Assembly (NCBI RefSeq): GCF_001194135.2
Contig: NC_068981.1
Span: forward strand, 79,966,200-80,030,199
DNA: 64,000 nucleotides
Source of the DNA: Octopus bimaculoides
Lineage: Eukaryota
Reading direction: 5' to 3'
The translations under genes were made by a program, and so were the position numbers. Below are positions 50,775 to 63,559 of the stretch, in pieces. How positions within the stretch are numbered: position 1 is the stretch's first letter; each line of letters starts with the position of its first letter. The notes beneath the pieces were generated by a model. The model saw nothing but the letters and a program-made list of their open reading frames with translations. It searched no databases and was not told the DNA's origin.

Positions 50775-51130
50775 TCATCATCATCATCGTTTAACGTCCG
50801 CTTTCCATGCTAGCATGGGTTGGACGATTTGACTGAGGACTGGTGAACCAGATGGCTACACCAGGCTCCAATCTGATTTGGCAGAGTTTCTACAGTTGGA
50901 TGCCCTTCCTAATGCCAACCACTCTGAGTGTGTAGTGGGTGCTTTTACGTGCCACTGGCACGAAGGCCAGTCAGGTGGTACTGGCAATGGTCACGCTCAA
51001 AATGGTGTATTTTACGTGCCACCTGCACAGGAACCAGTCCAACAGCACTGGCAATGATCTCGCTCGAATGACTTTTCACGTGCCACTGGCACAAGTGCCA
51101 GGAAGGCGATGCTGGTAACGATCACGCTCG
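50775..51130 (-). mobile_element. RTE 3' UTR/tail with three ~65-bp units
   Basis: (CAT)n tail at 50776 and the conserved tail shared with 44660-44824, 58150-58240 and 63220-63380. Confidence 0.85.
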
Positions 51131-51380
51131 CACAGTGGTGCCATCACGATTTCCCTTTTGCGTTTCTTTCCTGTGACATTCTAATTACATGCCCATAGTA
51201 TTGGACCCATAACCTCAATGTGGAGAAGTAGTCACTAGAGAGATTCCCTGATCTCTGAGCTACACACCAGCAACCCCAATAAAAATATTATAGGATCATT
51301 AAAGATATTTGAAACCAATATGATTTATTGTTTGTTTCTTTATCTCAATTAATATTTATTCTTTTATCTATCTTTCCTAG

Positions 51381-51462
51381 GTAGAGGGTCTTCTCTGAAT
51401 TTCTGGATACTCCATCTTCAAGGTGGAACTTGGTGTTCAACTGAAAGTGAATGTTACAAGAG
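51381..51462 (+). CDS. PAE/Notum-family hydrolase, coding exon 2
   Basis: cctAG|...AG|GTGAGT; in-phase translation GRGSSLNFWILHLQGGTWCSTESECYKR (oxyanion-hole GGxWC). Confidence 0.92.
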
Positions 51463-51973
51463 GTGAGTTCATTTATTTCAGTATTAATGACAACAGTTTT
51501 ATTAATGATAGAATATCATTTCACTTCGATATATATTGTATTTTTGTCACAACATGTCTATGAAGAGATTTTCTCTCAGACAAAATGTTTTTCTATGGTG
51601 TATATACATTTAGTTTGATATACAAATGACTATTTTATTTAGACACTACTTCAGTTGTATACACCAATATAGATGTATATTCATATGTGTGTGCATATAT
51701 ATTCCCTTGCATTCAATCTGTCCTTGTTAAGCCTTCTCCACAACATTTCCTAACACCCATCCCTCCATGACTCTGCTAACTATGGCACTAGTTACTCAGC
51801 TGTAATTATGTAAGAGATCTGCTCATATTTGTTACAAATTATCCCTCTCTTTGGCACCACTTCCTTTTGTCACCCATCCCACATTCTCATTATTATCAGT
51901 TATCACTTTATTTTCCACTGAACACTTATCTGCCATCAAAAGGCTCTCTCCACCCCCACCTTTGTTTCACAAT

Positions 51974-53441
51974 AAGGAGGAGGGAACCAGGCTGTGGGAG
52001 TTCTGCAATGCAAATGATCTTATGGTTTGTAATACTAGCTTCAGGAAACCTGCCAGTCACCTATTCACCTACCGATCTAGTGGAGACACTAGTCAAATTG
52101 ATTATATCCTCGCTAGGAAAACGGGGAAGATGGCTACTTATAAATGCCAAAACCTTCCCAGATGAAGAATGCACCCCACAGCATAGATTAGTAGTTAGTG
52201 ACTTCAGGATAAAGGCTAAATGGATGCCCAGAAAATGACCAGCATGGAGAAGAAGGATCCTGCAAATGGACAGAAATTTAGAGACATATTACTCGAAGCT
52301 TTTGACGAAATAGAGGGGGATATAGCATCATATGATGTGGAAGACAACTGGAGGTTTCTACTGGACAACCTGTTGAGGACTACTGACCAGATCTGTGGAT
52401 GGTGCAAAGTCCCCTCTTTACCCAAAGTAAAGTGGTGGTGGAATAATGTAGGTGACGGGGCTATTAGGGAAAAGAAACAGGCATGGAAGGACTGGAAGAA
52501 TGATGGTAGTATGGAATTGTATCAGATTGCCAGAAGGGAAGCTAGGAGACAGGTTTACTTAGTCAGAGGGGAAGGAGATAAGAAAAAATTTACCAATGTT
52601 CTGCGTTGTGAGGACCAAAGACTTGAAGTGTTTTGTGTTGCAAGACACTGTGTGAGAGAGAATTTTGATGTCATAGAGAAATGTGTCAGCATGGATGATG
52701 GCTCACTTGCATTTAATGAGACTGCAAAGAGAAAGACCTGCAGACGCCACTATGAAAGGTTGCTAAATGAAGAGAATGAATGGGAGAGAGAGAGTCTGCT
52801 AAATGTCGACCCAATAGAGGGATCAGCTATCCAAAATAACAGTACCTTGGTAGATAAAGCAATTAAGGGTATGAAGACAGGGAAAGCCCCCGGCCCATCA
52901 AAAATCACAGCAGAGTTGCTTAAAATATCTGGTGGTGTTGGCTATAGTCTAGTCACCCATATAGTCAATCAGGTGATGCATGAAAAAGTCATACCCAATG
53001 GCTGGTGTAGCAACACCATAGTCAACTGCTACAAAGGTAAAGGTGATGCATTAGATACAAATAATTGCAGAGGTATTAAGTTGTTGGATGAGGTAATGAA
53101 AGTCACAGAGATGGTCATAGCCCAACTAATTAGGGTGAAAGTCAGTTTAGATGAGATGCAGTTTGGGTTTGTGCCAGGGAAAAGCACCACTGATGTTATA
53201 TTTCTGGTAAGACAGCTGCAGGAGAAACCTCTATACCAGGCTTTCGTTGACATGGAGAAAGCCTTTGACAGTGTCCCCCGATCCCTTATCTGGTGGTCAA
53301 TGCAGAAACTAGGGATAGATGAGTGGTTAGTGAGAGCTGTACAAGTCATGTACAGGGATACTGTCAGTAAGGTGAGGGTTGGCAATGAGTACATTAAAGA
53401 ATTCTGGGCAGGGGTCCACCAAGGATCAGTCTCAGCCCCCT
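51974..53441 (+). mobile_element. RTE LINE internal fragment with a 428-aa open frame
   Basis: NTSFRKP..SQIDYI; GKAPGPSKIT; QFGFVPGKSTTDVIF; FVDMEKAFDSVP; GVHQGSV. Truncated before YADD. Confidence 0.92.
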
Positions 53442-54016
53442 CTTATTCATTATGTTTGTGTATTTATGTATGTATTTGTGTGTGTTCATGTTTACCCTAC
53501 TCTTGAACCTGTACTTGTTTGTTACTTCCCCTTTGTGTCTGATAACTTACCAGTGTGATAAAGAGATTGATAAAATACCAAGTACCACGGTCAATATGAT
53601 TCGTTAAAGTTATCTTTACAGATTTTTCTATCAAAATTACAGCCAGCACTGATCTAAATATGCGCCAACGTCTACAATGCAATGACTAAAACTAGCAAAA
53701 CAATGTCTTTATAGTTCAGCTGTAGACTAATCATAGATAAAAATTTCAGTCATCATTTATTTAAAAATACAATTCCTAAAAGAACATATGTAGAAACCTT
53801 TAAATAAAGAATGGAAGTGATGAGTTCTATAATTCAGTGAGACTCTGGTGTAGCTCTGAAGACTTCTGTTTCCTCTAAGTATCTTGGATCATGTTACCTT
53901 GGCTGATCCATTTATCTTAAAGCTTTACCTACCTAGCTGCTGCTACTTTTAACAAGGGGGAGTTCCAACTTTTGCAGCCAGTTAAACTGTATCATTTGAG
54001 AATTACATGTTTAGAG

Positions 54017-54259
54017 CAGTGGTTCTCAATCATGTTTCACTTATGGACCCTTTTGATTCCTATTTTACTCTACTGGTCTTCTGTAGAAATTCGATGTGTA
54101 TAAAAATATCCTACTGTATTTTTATAATTAAATGCTATTAGGAAATGTATTAGAAAAATTTTTTAATATTTTGTGTATTGTAGAAGTATAAGCAATTTAT
54201 TGCACATAAATTTTAACTACAAATTTTAATCTTGTCTGGACCCTGATTGAGAACCACTG
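54017..54259. mobile_element. hAT-Charlie-type MITE
   Basis: TIRs CAGTGGTTCTCAATC / GATTGAGAACCACTG; flanks gtttagag/atctaaac resemble NTCTAGAN. Related copy at about 34480-34820. Confidence 0.8.
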
Positions 54260-54617
54260 ATCTAAACCACAGAACAAAAGCTGGGCCTTTAGCATGATAG
54301 GAATTTTCAGTCACTCAAAACCTTTGAAGTGTTTACAATGTTTACATGTTCATTTTCACTATAACTTCTCATGTTCATGACATTTTAGTAACTTTTTCTG
54401 TCTTACTAAAACTTTCCATTTCTCGGATCTGTTTAAAACATTTGTCTTAAACCAGTAATGATCAATAGCATCTCTCTGTGAACAAGAACTTCTTTTTTAT
54501 ATACAAGTAAATAACTTACAACAATGAACAATCATAAAACATCAATGCTCAGCTGTTGGTTGCTGCTTCTTTATTGAAACCTTTTTCCTTTCTTCTTTTT
54601 CATTCTATCCTTTCTAG

Positions 54618-54763
54618 AAGCTTCACTGAGGTTGGTTCAAGCCTTAAAGCACCAGTTTCTGCTAGATTTGAAGGTTTTATGTCAAGTGATGATTTGGTGA
54701 ACCCTGATTTTCATGACTGGAATATGGTCTGCTTCCTTTACTGTGATGGTGGCTCTTTCTTAG
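54618..54763 (+). CDS. PAE/Notum-family hydrolase, coding exon 3
   Basis: tttctAG|; SFTEVGSS..FEGFMSSDDLVNPDFHDWNMVCFLYCDGGSFLG; donor G|GTTTGT; phases match exons 2 and 4. Confidence 0.93.
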
Positions 54764-56489
54764 GTTTGTCTGATTTTTACTCTCATGTTACTTGTCTCCC
54801 ATGTATTTTAATAATTCAATTTATTGGTTATTTTTTTATTCTATGTTGTGTCTGTTAATAACTGTTTCCATTGTTATGCAATTTTGTTCTTCTATTCTCT
54901 TTGACATATTACCTGAGTGGTTAAGGGGCTCAGCTAACACTTTGAAGTAATTTGGAGACTGAACTCGTGTATGTTAGGATCAAATTCACAACAAACATTT
55001 TTATTGTGTACTTAGACCAGCAGGGTCTCTGTGGCTATCCTTGGGCTCAATAAACATTAACTATTCCAACGATATCAATATAGTCAATTTTGTTTTAGTA
55101 TTTTCATTAAATTTCTTGAAATGTTTCTTATGTGGTAATGAATCACACAAAAGAATAAGAAAATTATTGTTTATAAATCAAAAACTTTTATGTTAATTAT
55201 ACATTTTAATATTTAGAAATTTACATGATAGGTATCAATAACTTATCAGTGATGAATCATTGAAATGAAAGGGTCAATGCTATAAGAAGTGTGCTGACCC
55301 CTGACTTAGTGCTTTTGATTTTTTATTGTTGTGAACTTCATTTGTAATGGGTTGGAGAGAGAATTAGTATCTAGTAAAAAGCAAAAAGAACCAAGCACCT
55401 ATCTACCTTTTATAACATTCAGTTTTTTATTTTTTCATAACAGTTTTGTCAAAGGAAATGGAAAAGGGTAGCATACTGGATTTTTTTTTTTCAGAAGCTC
55501 TAAGATTGATGGAAGGGAAGATAGAAGCTATTCTCAAACCTGAGAACTAGCCCAAATGCCTACAAACAGCATAGACTCTACTAAAAGGTAGCCAATGGCA
55601 GGGTATTGACTTTAAACGGTGACAGATTGATTCTGCTACACAAGAACAGCAATTGTCCTTCTGGTGACTTTCCACATGATATCTGTCTAACAAATTTCGC
55701 TGACAAGGCTTTAGTTAAAGTATGGTAGAAAACACCTGCCCATATGAAGTGCAGTGAGATTGAACCAGAGTCCTGTAACTGCAAAGTGAGCTTAACCAAA
55801 AAAAAAAAAAAACAACAGAAATGCACTCACATGCACCTATACTCAGTAAGTCAACATTTCAAACCACAAAATACAACTAGCCACAGTAAGACAACTGAAA
55901 GGTGTTGCACAATTACTAGTTGTCTATTGAGCTATTAGTGATAAAATCACTATTTTAGAGTACATGATGAACTCTTTAGTATTGGTGCCATAATATGTAA
56001 AGTGGTTGGTGCTAAGAAAGGTATCCAGCTGTAGAAACCATACCAAAGTAGTGTCTTGGGATAGCTAGAACCTGTTACAGCTCTCCAGCTTACCAGTTCC
56101 AGTCAGACTGTCTAACCCATACGAGTATGGAAAGCAGATGTTAAATGATGAGGATGATACATAGATATATATATATACATACTTAGAAGGTTGTTTGTTT
56201 TGGCTGGTCAGAGGCTGACCATTGGTTTCACACCTATAAAACTCTTAGCTGTATAGGTATTGTTTCAATCATTATACTGCAACCATGTTAAGGCACCACC
56301 TTGGAGAATTTTAGTCAAATGAATCGACCCTAGTATTTATTTTTTTAAAGCTTGGTACTTATTCTATCAGTCTCTCTTGCCAAACCATTATGTTACAGGT
56401 GTGTAAACACACCAACACCAGTTGCCAAGTAGTGGTGGAGGACAAACACAGATACAAAGACACACACACACACACACACACACATAATT

Positions 56490-58835
56490 AAGATTCAGTT
56501 GAATTTGGTACTTAAATTGAGGCACCTTACCAGTTCAGTATAGTCCACACAACTCCAAGTTAGGTGAACAGAAATAATGAATAAGGATAAATCAAGATAA
56601 AATAAAATAAGGATTATTTTAGAGATGATATAAATTATATTGGTATATTGAAAAGCATTCTTAGGTATGTTATTATAATACCCTATAAAAAATAAGATTA
56701 TGTATATCAAATACTAATTGAAAAAATGAATTACGATAAAGATACATTTGGAAATGGGTTTATAAAATATTTCTAAATATATCAAAGACACTGATCTATG
56801 TAGAATAATAACAGATCCTGGGGTGTATACTTTATACTTCGGGTAGGTGCAAGATTTAGTAATCCATTGCAATTTTATGTATTATACAAAAGATAATCCC
56901 AATACCGAAAGGGTACATATTGCAGATTAAAGTGGTTAAGGGTTATTAGAAAGCAATACTACATATATATCGAGAAAATAGAGGGTATGTTATAATTAAT
57001 AGGACACCCCGGATACCTTGTGCTCCCAAATCATAGTATGATATACTTATTACTTTCTTCTATAGTATTTGAAGGTACAGGTAATCCTATGAACACATGA
57101 TACTCTAAGATCTAATTTATTAATTAGGTTTTGTTTATCTCTATATTTGAATAATTCATATTTCTCCATACAACATAGTTCACATCCATATCGGCTGTTT
57201 GTGTATGGCTGAGCTCTATGGACTATAACCCATTTTAGGCTAAATTCACTATTACTATCCTTCCAAGATTTTCATAGATAATGAGGTATTGTTGGCTTTA
57301 TGCCTAAGTCTAAAAGACAAAAAATGGTTATTCAAGCATTTTCTCTTATTTACAGAGCACCCGATATAAATGAAGTTATTAGTTTCTGTCATTACATATG
57401 ACATTTTCAGCTAAACACTGACCCAATAACAAGCATTGGGATCCTTCTCTACAATTGCTACTGCAGATATTAATATTAGCATTACTTACCCTATCATTAA
57501 CATTTATAGTGTCGCCATTCGAGGTTTTGCTCAAATTCACAGAAGTATTATGTTACGATAGAAGTATTATCAAGTGTTATGTATTTGAGTTTTTATAATA
57601 GGTATTATTACATCTGTTTATATTGGCCTATTGTTTGTGATTATGTCATTAGATATTATGCCCTCAACCAGTAATGGTTGCATTTGGGATACTTGGTGTT
57701 TCATCTGCGGTTTATTGGCTCTGTTGCCTATGCTGACTACATTGTTACTAGCTAAGAGTGGGTTCTTATTTATTATCCATATTATTGATTCTTACATATC
57801 TACTATTATTACAACCATAATTAGGGGTTAATCCACTATTACCATTATTATTATCAATCTCGCGGGCTAAGTTTATATTTCTTCTGTTCAAGTGGGCTAT
57901 AATCATACCTACATTTAGAAGAGTGAAATGTGAAACTCTGATTCTCCTACAGGAGAAGAGTTTGCTATATTTATGTGAAGCTGGGAAGTTTTTCTCCAAA
58001 ATCGCCATAAATTTATTATACATATTAGTAGGGATTGCTCAATTGAAAGGAATGTTATACCAGACCACGTTATTATTCTTAGTATTCTTATGTTTATGAA
58101 AGCAGATCATATCAACCTCTCTATTACTTACCAAACCTCCAGTTTATGGAGCCTGGTGTTGCCATCCGGTTTCACCAGTCCGCAGTCAAATCGTCCAACC
58201 CATGCTAGCATGGAAGGCGGACGTTAAATGATGATGATGAGTATCATTATCGGTATTTATGTTACTATTAGAATTGGCTTCATACTTCTTATTCTCATCC
58301 TCACTATTATTGTACATGCTAGACATTTTACTGTCCTTAGATTCTATGTTATTATTGTTATACATCTTATTCTTTATTTTAATAGGAATATTATGGGCAA
58401 TTCTTGTAGATCTATATACTCGATTAGATGAGCTATTGATTGCCCTTTTTCACATTTTCAGTTTCTTTATTATGTTTAGTTGGTATCAGACTTTCTGAAT
58501 TAAGGAATGCAATCTCCCAATTGTATCCCACCTTAGATAGAGCAGAGTTATAGTAGTGGGAGTATGGAGTTAAATATATCCATATTAGCCAATAATTGTG
58601 TAATTCTCCTCGAAATTCCTTTTACTAATGATTTTAATACGTTTGGGGGATGATTGGAGGATTTGTTCACATATTTAGTAACCTCATCCAGTTTTCTATA
58701 GAGGTAATATAAACCAGAGTTAATATCTAAGAAGTTAACCACCTTCGTATCGTATTCAAAAGTGTGCCCTAAGTTAAAGCTTTTGAAGAATTTTCTGATT
58801 TTCTTCTTCCTTCTTTCTATGACTATCTTATGCAG
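56490..58835 (-). mobile_element. Decayed Penelope-like element (RT C-terminus and GIY-YIG endonuclease), interrupted by an RTE tail at 58145-58245
   Basis: VVNFLDI..YRK..YVNKSSNHPP..ISRRI; ILEKNFPASHKYSKLF; C..C..C..GQCLAENV..FIYIG..NH..SF..NTSLS..IW..KWVIVHRAQPY..CELC. Confidence 0.88.
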
Positions 58836-59085
58836 GACAAGGTAGGTAATCGTACATCAAATTATCTCCCTTGCTCCAATCCGTTTCGTTTACCATCCCG
58901 TGTCGCTCTTTGTCCCTCCAGATCAACTTTGCCTTTCATCCTTGATAAAAGGAAGTACCAGACAGATACTGAGGTTAATATAATCGAGTAACCCCTCCTT
59001 TCTCTAAATTTCTGGTCTCTCGTCTTATACAGTGTGTTTTTATCTTAATATTTAAGATTTCGTTTAAGTTTATATTTACGAAATA

Positions 59086-60320
59086 CATCAGCATCATCGT
59101 TTAACGTCGGACGGTTTGACTGAGGGCCGGCAAGCCAGAAGCTGCATCAGGCTTCAATCCGATCTAGCAAAGTTTCTACCGCAAGATGCCCTTTCTAACA
59201 CCAACCACTCCAAGAGTGTAATGAGTGCTTTTTACATGCCACCGGCACAAGCGCCAGTCAGGCAGTACTGGCATCAACCACACTTGAATGGTGCTTTTTA
59301 CGTGCCACCAGCACGGGAGCCAGCGAGGCACTGGCAACGACCATGCTCAAATGGTGTTTTTTACATGCCACTGGCATGGGACCAGTCAGCTGGCACGGGC
59401 ATGGACCGTGCTCGAATGGAACTTCTTATGTGCCACCGGCACGGGAGCCAGACAGGGATCACTGGCAACAAACACGCTCAAATGGTGCTTTCTACGTGCT
59501 ACTGGTATGGGATCAGTCAGGTAGCACTGGCATTGACCACACTTAAATGGTGCCTTTTATGTGCCACTGGCAAGAGTGCCAATCAGGTGGTACTGTCATT
59601 GACAACGACAACAACTTCACTTGCCTCAACAGGTCTTCGCAAGCGCGGTTTATTGCCCAATGATTGAAGGTTACTCTTAAATAGGCTGGTTATGCTGCAC
59701 TGGCATAGGCCACAGTTGCGATCTCACTTGGCTTGCCGGGTCTTCTCAAGCACAGCATATCTCTAAAGGTCTCGATCACTTGTCATTGCCCCTGTGAGGC
59801 CCAATGTTTTAAGGTTGTGCTTCACTACCTCATCCCAGGTTTTCCTGGGTCTACCTCTTCCACAGGTTCCCTCTACTGCTAGGGTGTGATACTTTTTCAG
59901 ACAGCTGTCCTCATCCATATGCAACACATAACCATACCAGCACAGTCGTCTCTCTTGCACACCACATCTGATACTTCTTATGTTCAACTTTTCTCTTACG
60001 GAGCTTACACTCTGTTGTGTATGCACACTGACTTTACACATCCAGCAGAGCATACAAGCTTCATTCCTTGTAAGCTTACGCATGTCCTCAGCAGTCATGG
60101 CTCAGTTTCACTGCCATGTAGCATGGCTGTTCACATACATACATCATACATTCTACCTTTTACTCTGGTGAGAGGCCCTTTGTCAGCAGCAGAGGTAAGA
60201 GCTCTCTGAACTTTGCCCAGGCTATTCTTATTCTAGCAGCTACACTCTCAGAGCATCCACACCCGCTACTGACTTGGTCACCTAGGTAACGGAAGTTGTC
60301 AACTACTTGCAGTTTCGGTA
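59086..60320 (-). mobile_element. 5'-truncated RTE LINE with six-unit 3' UTR tandem array
   Basis: RNEACMLCWMC..RRLCWYGYVL..GRGRPRKTWDEVV; array 59226-59600; (GAT)n tail at left. Confidence 0.9.
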
Positions 60321-61275
60321 ATCGAGGTAGTCAGTCTATGATAGAATACTTAAGATTAGATTAGTGCTGCAACATGGGTTAGCAACCATTATCTTGGCTT
60401 ATGCCCCTCAGCCAGGGCTACCTGATGAACAGAAAGACCAATTTTATGACATTTTCTTGCAGACTACCTCGTCGATGAATGGCAGGGACAATTTTCTTTT
60501 TGAAGTTTTAATCGAAAGGTTTTTTTTCACCTGGAGTTCTAATTAATAATCTTACATTTCATAGTTTGTGAATATATCTCAGTGATGGCATTTCTTGTAC
60601 CACTGAGCAAGATACTTTGTTCTATATTGGTTAATTTGTACCTCAGCTCATACTCAGCTGTAGAGATTAGGTGCTAAGCTTATTCAGAAAAGTCAACTGT
60701 GTTAGACTAGTGTCATTCACAGGTACCATACCACCTGACATCACCCTTGAGTTTATGATACAAACTTCTGTTTTAAAGTTAAATTAAATTAAAACCTTCC
60801 ATCAAAATTTCATGTTAATTCATGTTCAAAAACGCCAGTTTATTAATGGTTTCAAATTTTAGCACAAGGCTAGAAATTTCAGGGGACAGGCTGAGTTGGT
60901 TATATCAACCCCAGTGCTCAGTTGGTACTTATTTTATGGACCCAGAAAGGATGAAAGACAAAATTAACTTCAGCAGAATTTGAACTCAGAACATAACATG
61001 AAATACCACTAAGCATTTTGCTAATGATTCTGCCAGCTTGCAGCCTTATACCAGCTTAATAATGACAGTTATTTCATTAAAATGTTCATTACTTTCAAAA
61101 TTAACTGAAATTAAAACAATGGATTTCAACAGAAATATAGTAACTAAAAATGGTTAATCTCTGCTAAGACTGAAATTAAACTCAAGCACATCTACCTGTA
61201 AATCATTTTTATAAATGTATAGACGTCCTCTTTGACAACTGAACAATAAAAGCTTTATTTTTTATATTTATTTAG

Positions 61276-61416
61276 GAAATCGTTCACAGCCAATTGTGTA
61301 CAACTCTAGGAATATTTATCTGAGAGGTGCATCTATATTTGATGCTATTATTGACTTCCTGCTTATTGAAACTAACTTAGGATCTGCTAAGAAAGTTATC
61401 TTGAGTGGTTCATCAG
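61276..61416 (+). CDS. PAE/Notum-family hydrolase, coding exon 4
   Basis: tttAG|; GNR..IYLRGASIFDAIIDFLL..AKKVILSGSS; donor G|GTAAAT. Contains the nucleophile Ser of G-S-S-A-G-G. Confidence 0.93.
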
Positions 61417-61626
61417 GTAAATAAATTTCTCTCACTCGCTCTCTCTCTCTTTTCTCTTTCTCACTCTCTCTTTTTTCTCTTTCTCACTCTCTCTCTCTCT
61501 TTTGTTCTTAAATTTGCATCTAATGTTTGACTTGACTTATTTTCTGAAAAAAAAAAAAAGAATTTTAATTCTTTTAATTGCTTTACAACACATTAATGGT
61601 AATACGTTTTCTTTATTCCTGACTAG

Positions 61627-61800
61627 CTGGAGGTTTAGCTGCTCTTATCCATGCAGATCATTTACATCAAAGGCTTCAAAAAATTCCTTCTTTCCATGCG
61701 GTTCTTGATGCCATGTTATTTCTTAACTTAACTAGCCGCAATGGCCAGAAGAAAATGATGAATATTTTGGAAAATACATTCCATCTTCATAACATTAAAG
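61627..61800 (+). CDS. PAE/Notum-family hydrolase, coding exon 5 (gene continues beyond the window)
   Basis: actAG|; AGGLAALIHADHL..VLDAMLFLN..FHLHN; donor G|GTAAGT. No further exon recognised before 64000. Confidence 0.92.
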
Positions 61801-63219
61801 GTAAGTGGATTATACGAGCATGTCATCATTGTCTTTACATCTGCTTTTCCATCTAGTTCATACCAATATAGGTTACATGGAACTTTCTGAAACATGTTTT
61901 ACAGTTGGATATCCTTCTTGATACTAATCCTTTTAGTTGCCTCTACAACATGTAAGGATATGGTGCACCTATTGTAAAAAAACAATGTGTAGCTGCTCCT
62001 TTTGTGTGAAACTAAAAGAGAATATTTCAAAAATGATGTGAAATGCCAAAAAACATTCTTTATTATGATTGTAGAATTGAAATTCAAAATCAAAATCCCA
62101 TTATTTGTCTGCTGCTTATGATTCGGAATTAGCATCAGAAATATTTTAGGCACAGATGTGGATGTGTGGTTATGAAGTTGGTTTTGGGTTCATTCCCACT
62201 ATACAGCACTTTGGGCAAATGCTCTTAGCCAACCAAAGCCTTGTGAGCTGAATTTGGTGGATGAAAGCTGAGAGAAGGTCATAATGTATGTTAGGGTTGC
62301 CTTGTCTTGTCTTACTTAACGTTTATTTACTTTTATTTAAAATCAACATTTAATCCTATGGTAATTTAATCCTATGGCAATTTTATCATGTGGCAATAGT
62401 ACTATTGCAACTTTCTAAACTGTGCAATGCTGGTTTAAGTGTCAGTTCTTGGGGGAATTCATTAGCAATAGTGTCAACATCATCATTTTATGTCTGCTTT
62501 TCCATGCTGACAGAGGTTGGATGATCACGTCCTCCTTGAACAATTGCAGGAAAAAGTGCAGGGAAGGAGTTCTCGAGAGCTTATGTTCAAGAGAGAAAGC
62601 ACTAGAGTTGGATACGTTATTAATAACAAGAGGAAGAGAGGCAAGGGATTGAGTGGAGATGAAGAGCAGAGGTCAATGTCATAGTAGTAGGACAAAACAA
62701 AGAGAGAGGACACATGGTTTGGGTGGTCTATTTTGTCTGTGTAGTAAAAGCAGCAGCAGTAACACTGTCCTTGATATGAGAAAACAGTACATCATTGTAT
62801 GTCTCACTTTAAGCTTTGTAAAGGGTTAGTAGTTATTAGGGACTAATGTATTTTCTGGCCTTGAACAGAAAAGGCCAGGATTTCCTATGCTGAGGGTTTG
62901 TAATTGTCAGATCTTCAGTGATGATAAATCCCTATCATTTTTTGGGATCTTGAGGATTCCAGTTGCATTTTGTTCATGTTTAGATATGAGTGGAGTGTGT
63001 ATTGTTTTCTTGGTATGTAGTAATTATGTCTTTCTGCAGTTAAAACAAAACAGTGTTGGCATAACTCTATTGGAATTGTGTCCAAGGCCTCTGTTCATGG
63101 AGTCGATGCAGATGACAGATGATATGTAGGTTTGTAAGGTGAAGGAGGCCTGAAATGTGGTATAATCTGCTCGGGAGAGCAACATTGAAGGTGATGCCAA
63201 GTAGGGCATTGATATATAC

Positions 63220-63380
63220 ACTCTCTGACTGGTTGGCGTTAGGAAGGGCATCCAGCTGTAGAAACTCTGCCAAATTAGATTGGAGCCTGGTGTTACCATC
63301 CGGTTTCACCAGTCCTCAGTCAAATCGTCCAACCCATGCTAGCATGGAAAGCAGACGTTAAACAATGATGATGATGATGA
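63220..63380 (+). mobile_element. RTE 3' tail fragment
   Basis: GGTTGGCGTTAGGAAGGGCATCCAGC...GACGTTAAACAATGATGATG, as at 44660-44824. Confidence 0.85.
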
Positions 63381-63559
63381 AGGAAGAATATGAAAGGCAA
63401 AAAAATTCAAAGCCTGGGACACAGTGTGGATCAGAGAGAGCTCCTCCAAGACACACTTCAGTAGATCTGGTATTACTGAAATCATACCATTGTGGCCATT
63501 AAAGAAGGATAGGGATTCTAGGTTTTGGAGAATGTTAATGACTATCTCCATCCACTTTC

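Noticed and set aside
59226-59600. CRISPR-like repeat/spacer appearance
   Set aside because: Whole units are homologous (no unique spacers), they lie in a LINE 3' UTR, there are no cas genes and the context is eukaryotic.
60360-60500. Plus-strand RTE endonuclease piece next to the minus-strand RTE as a twin-priming inversion
   Set aside because: The piece derives from about 2 kb upstream of the breakpoint and no TSD was found; independent fragments are equally likely.
49557-61800. Calling the gene Notum, or a recent plant-to-animal transfer
   Set aside because: It lacks the Notum GGWY signature. It has host-type AT-rich, repeat-filled introns and the family is widespread, so neither claim is supportable without phylogeny.
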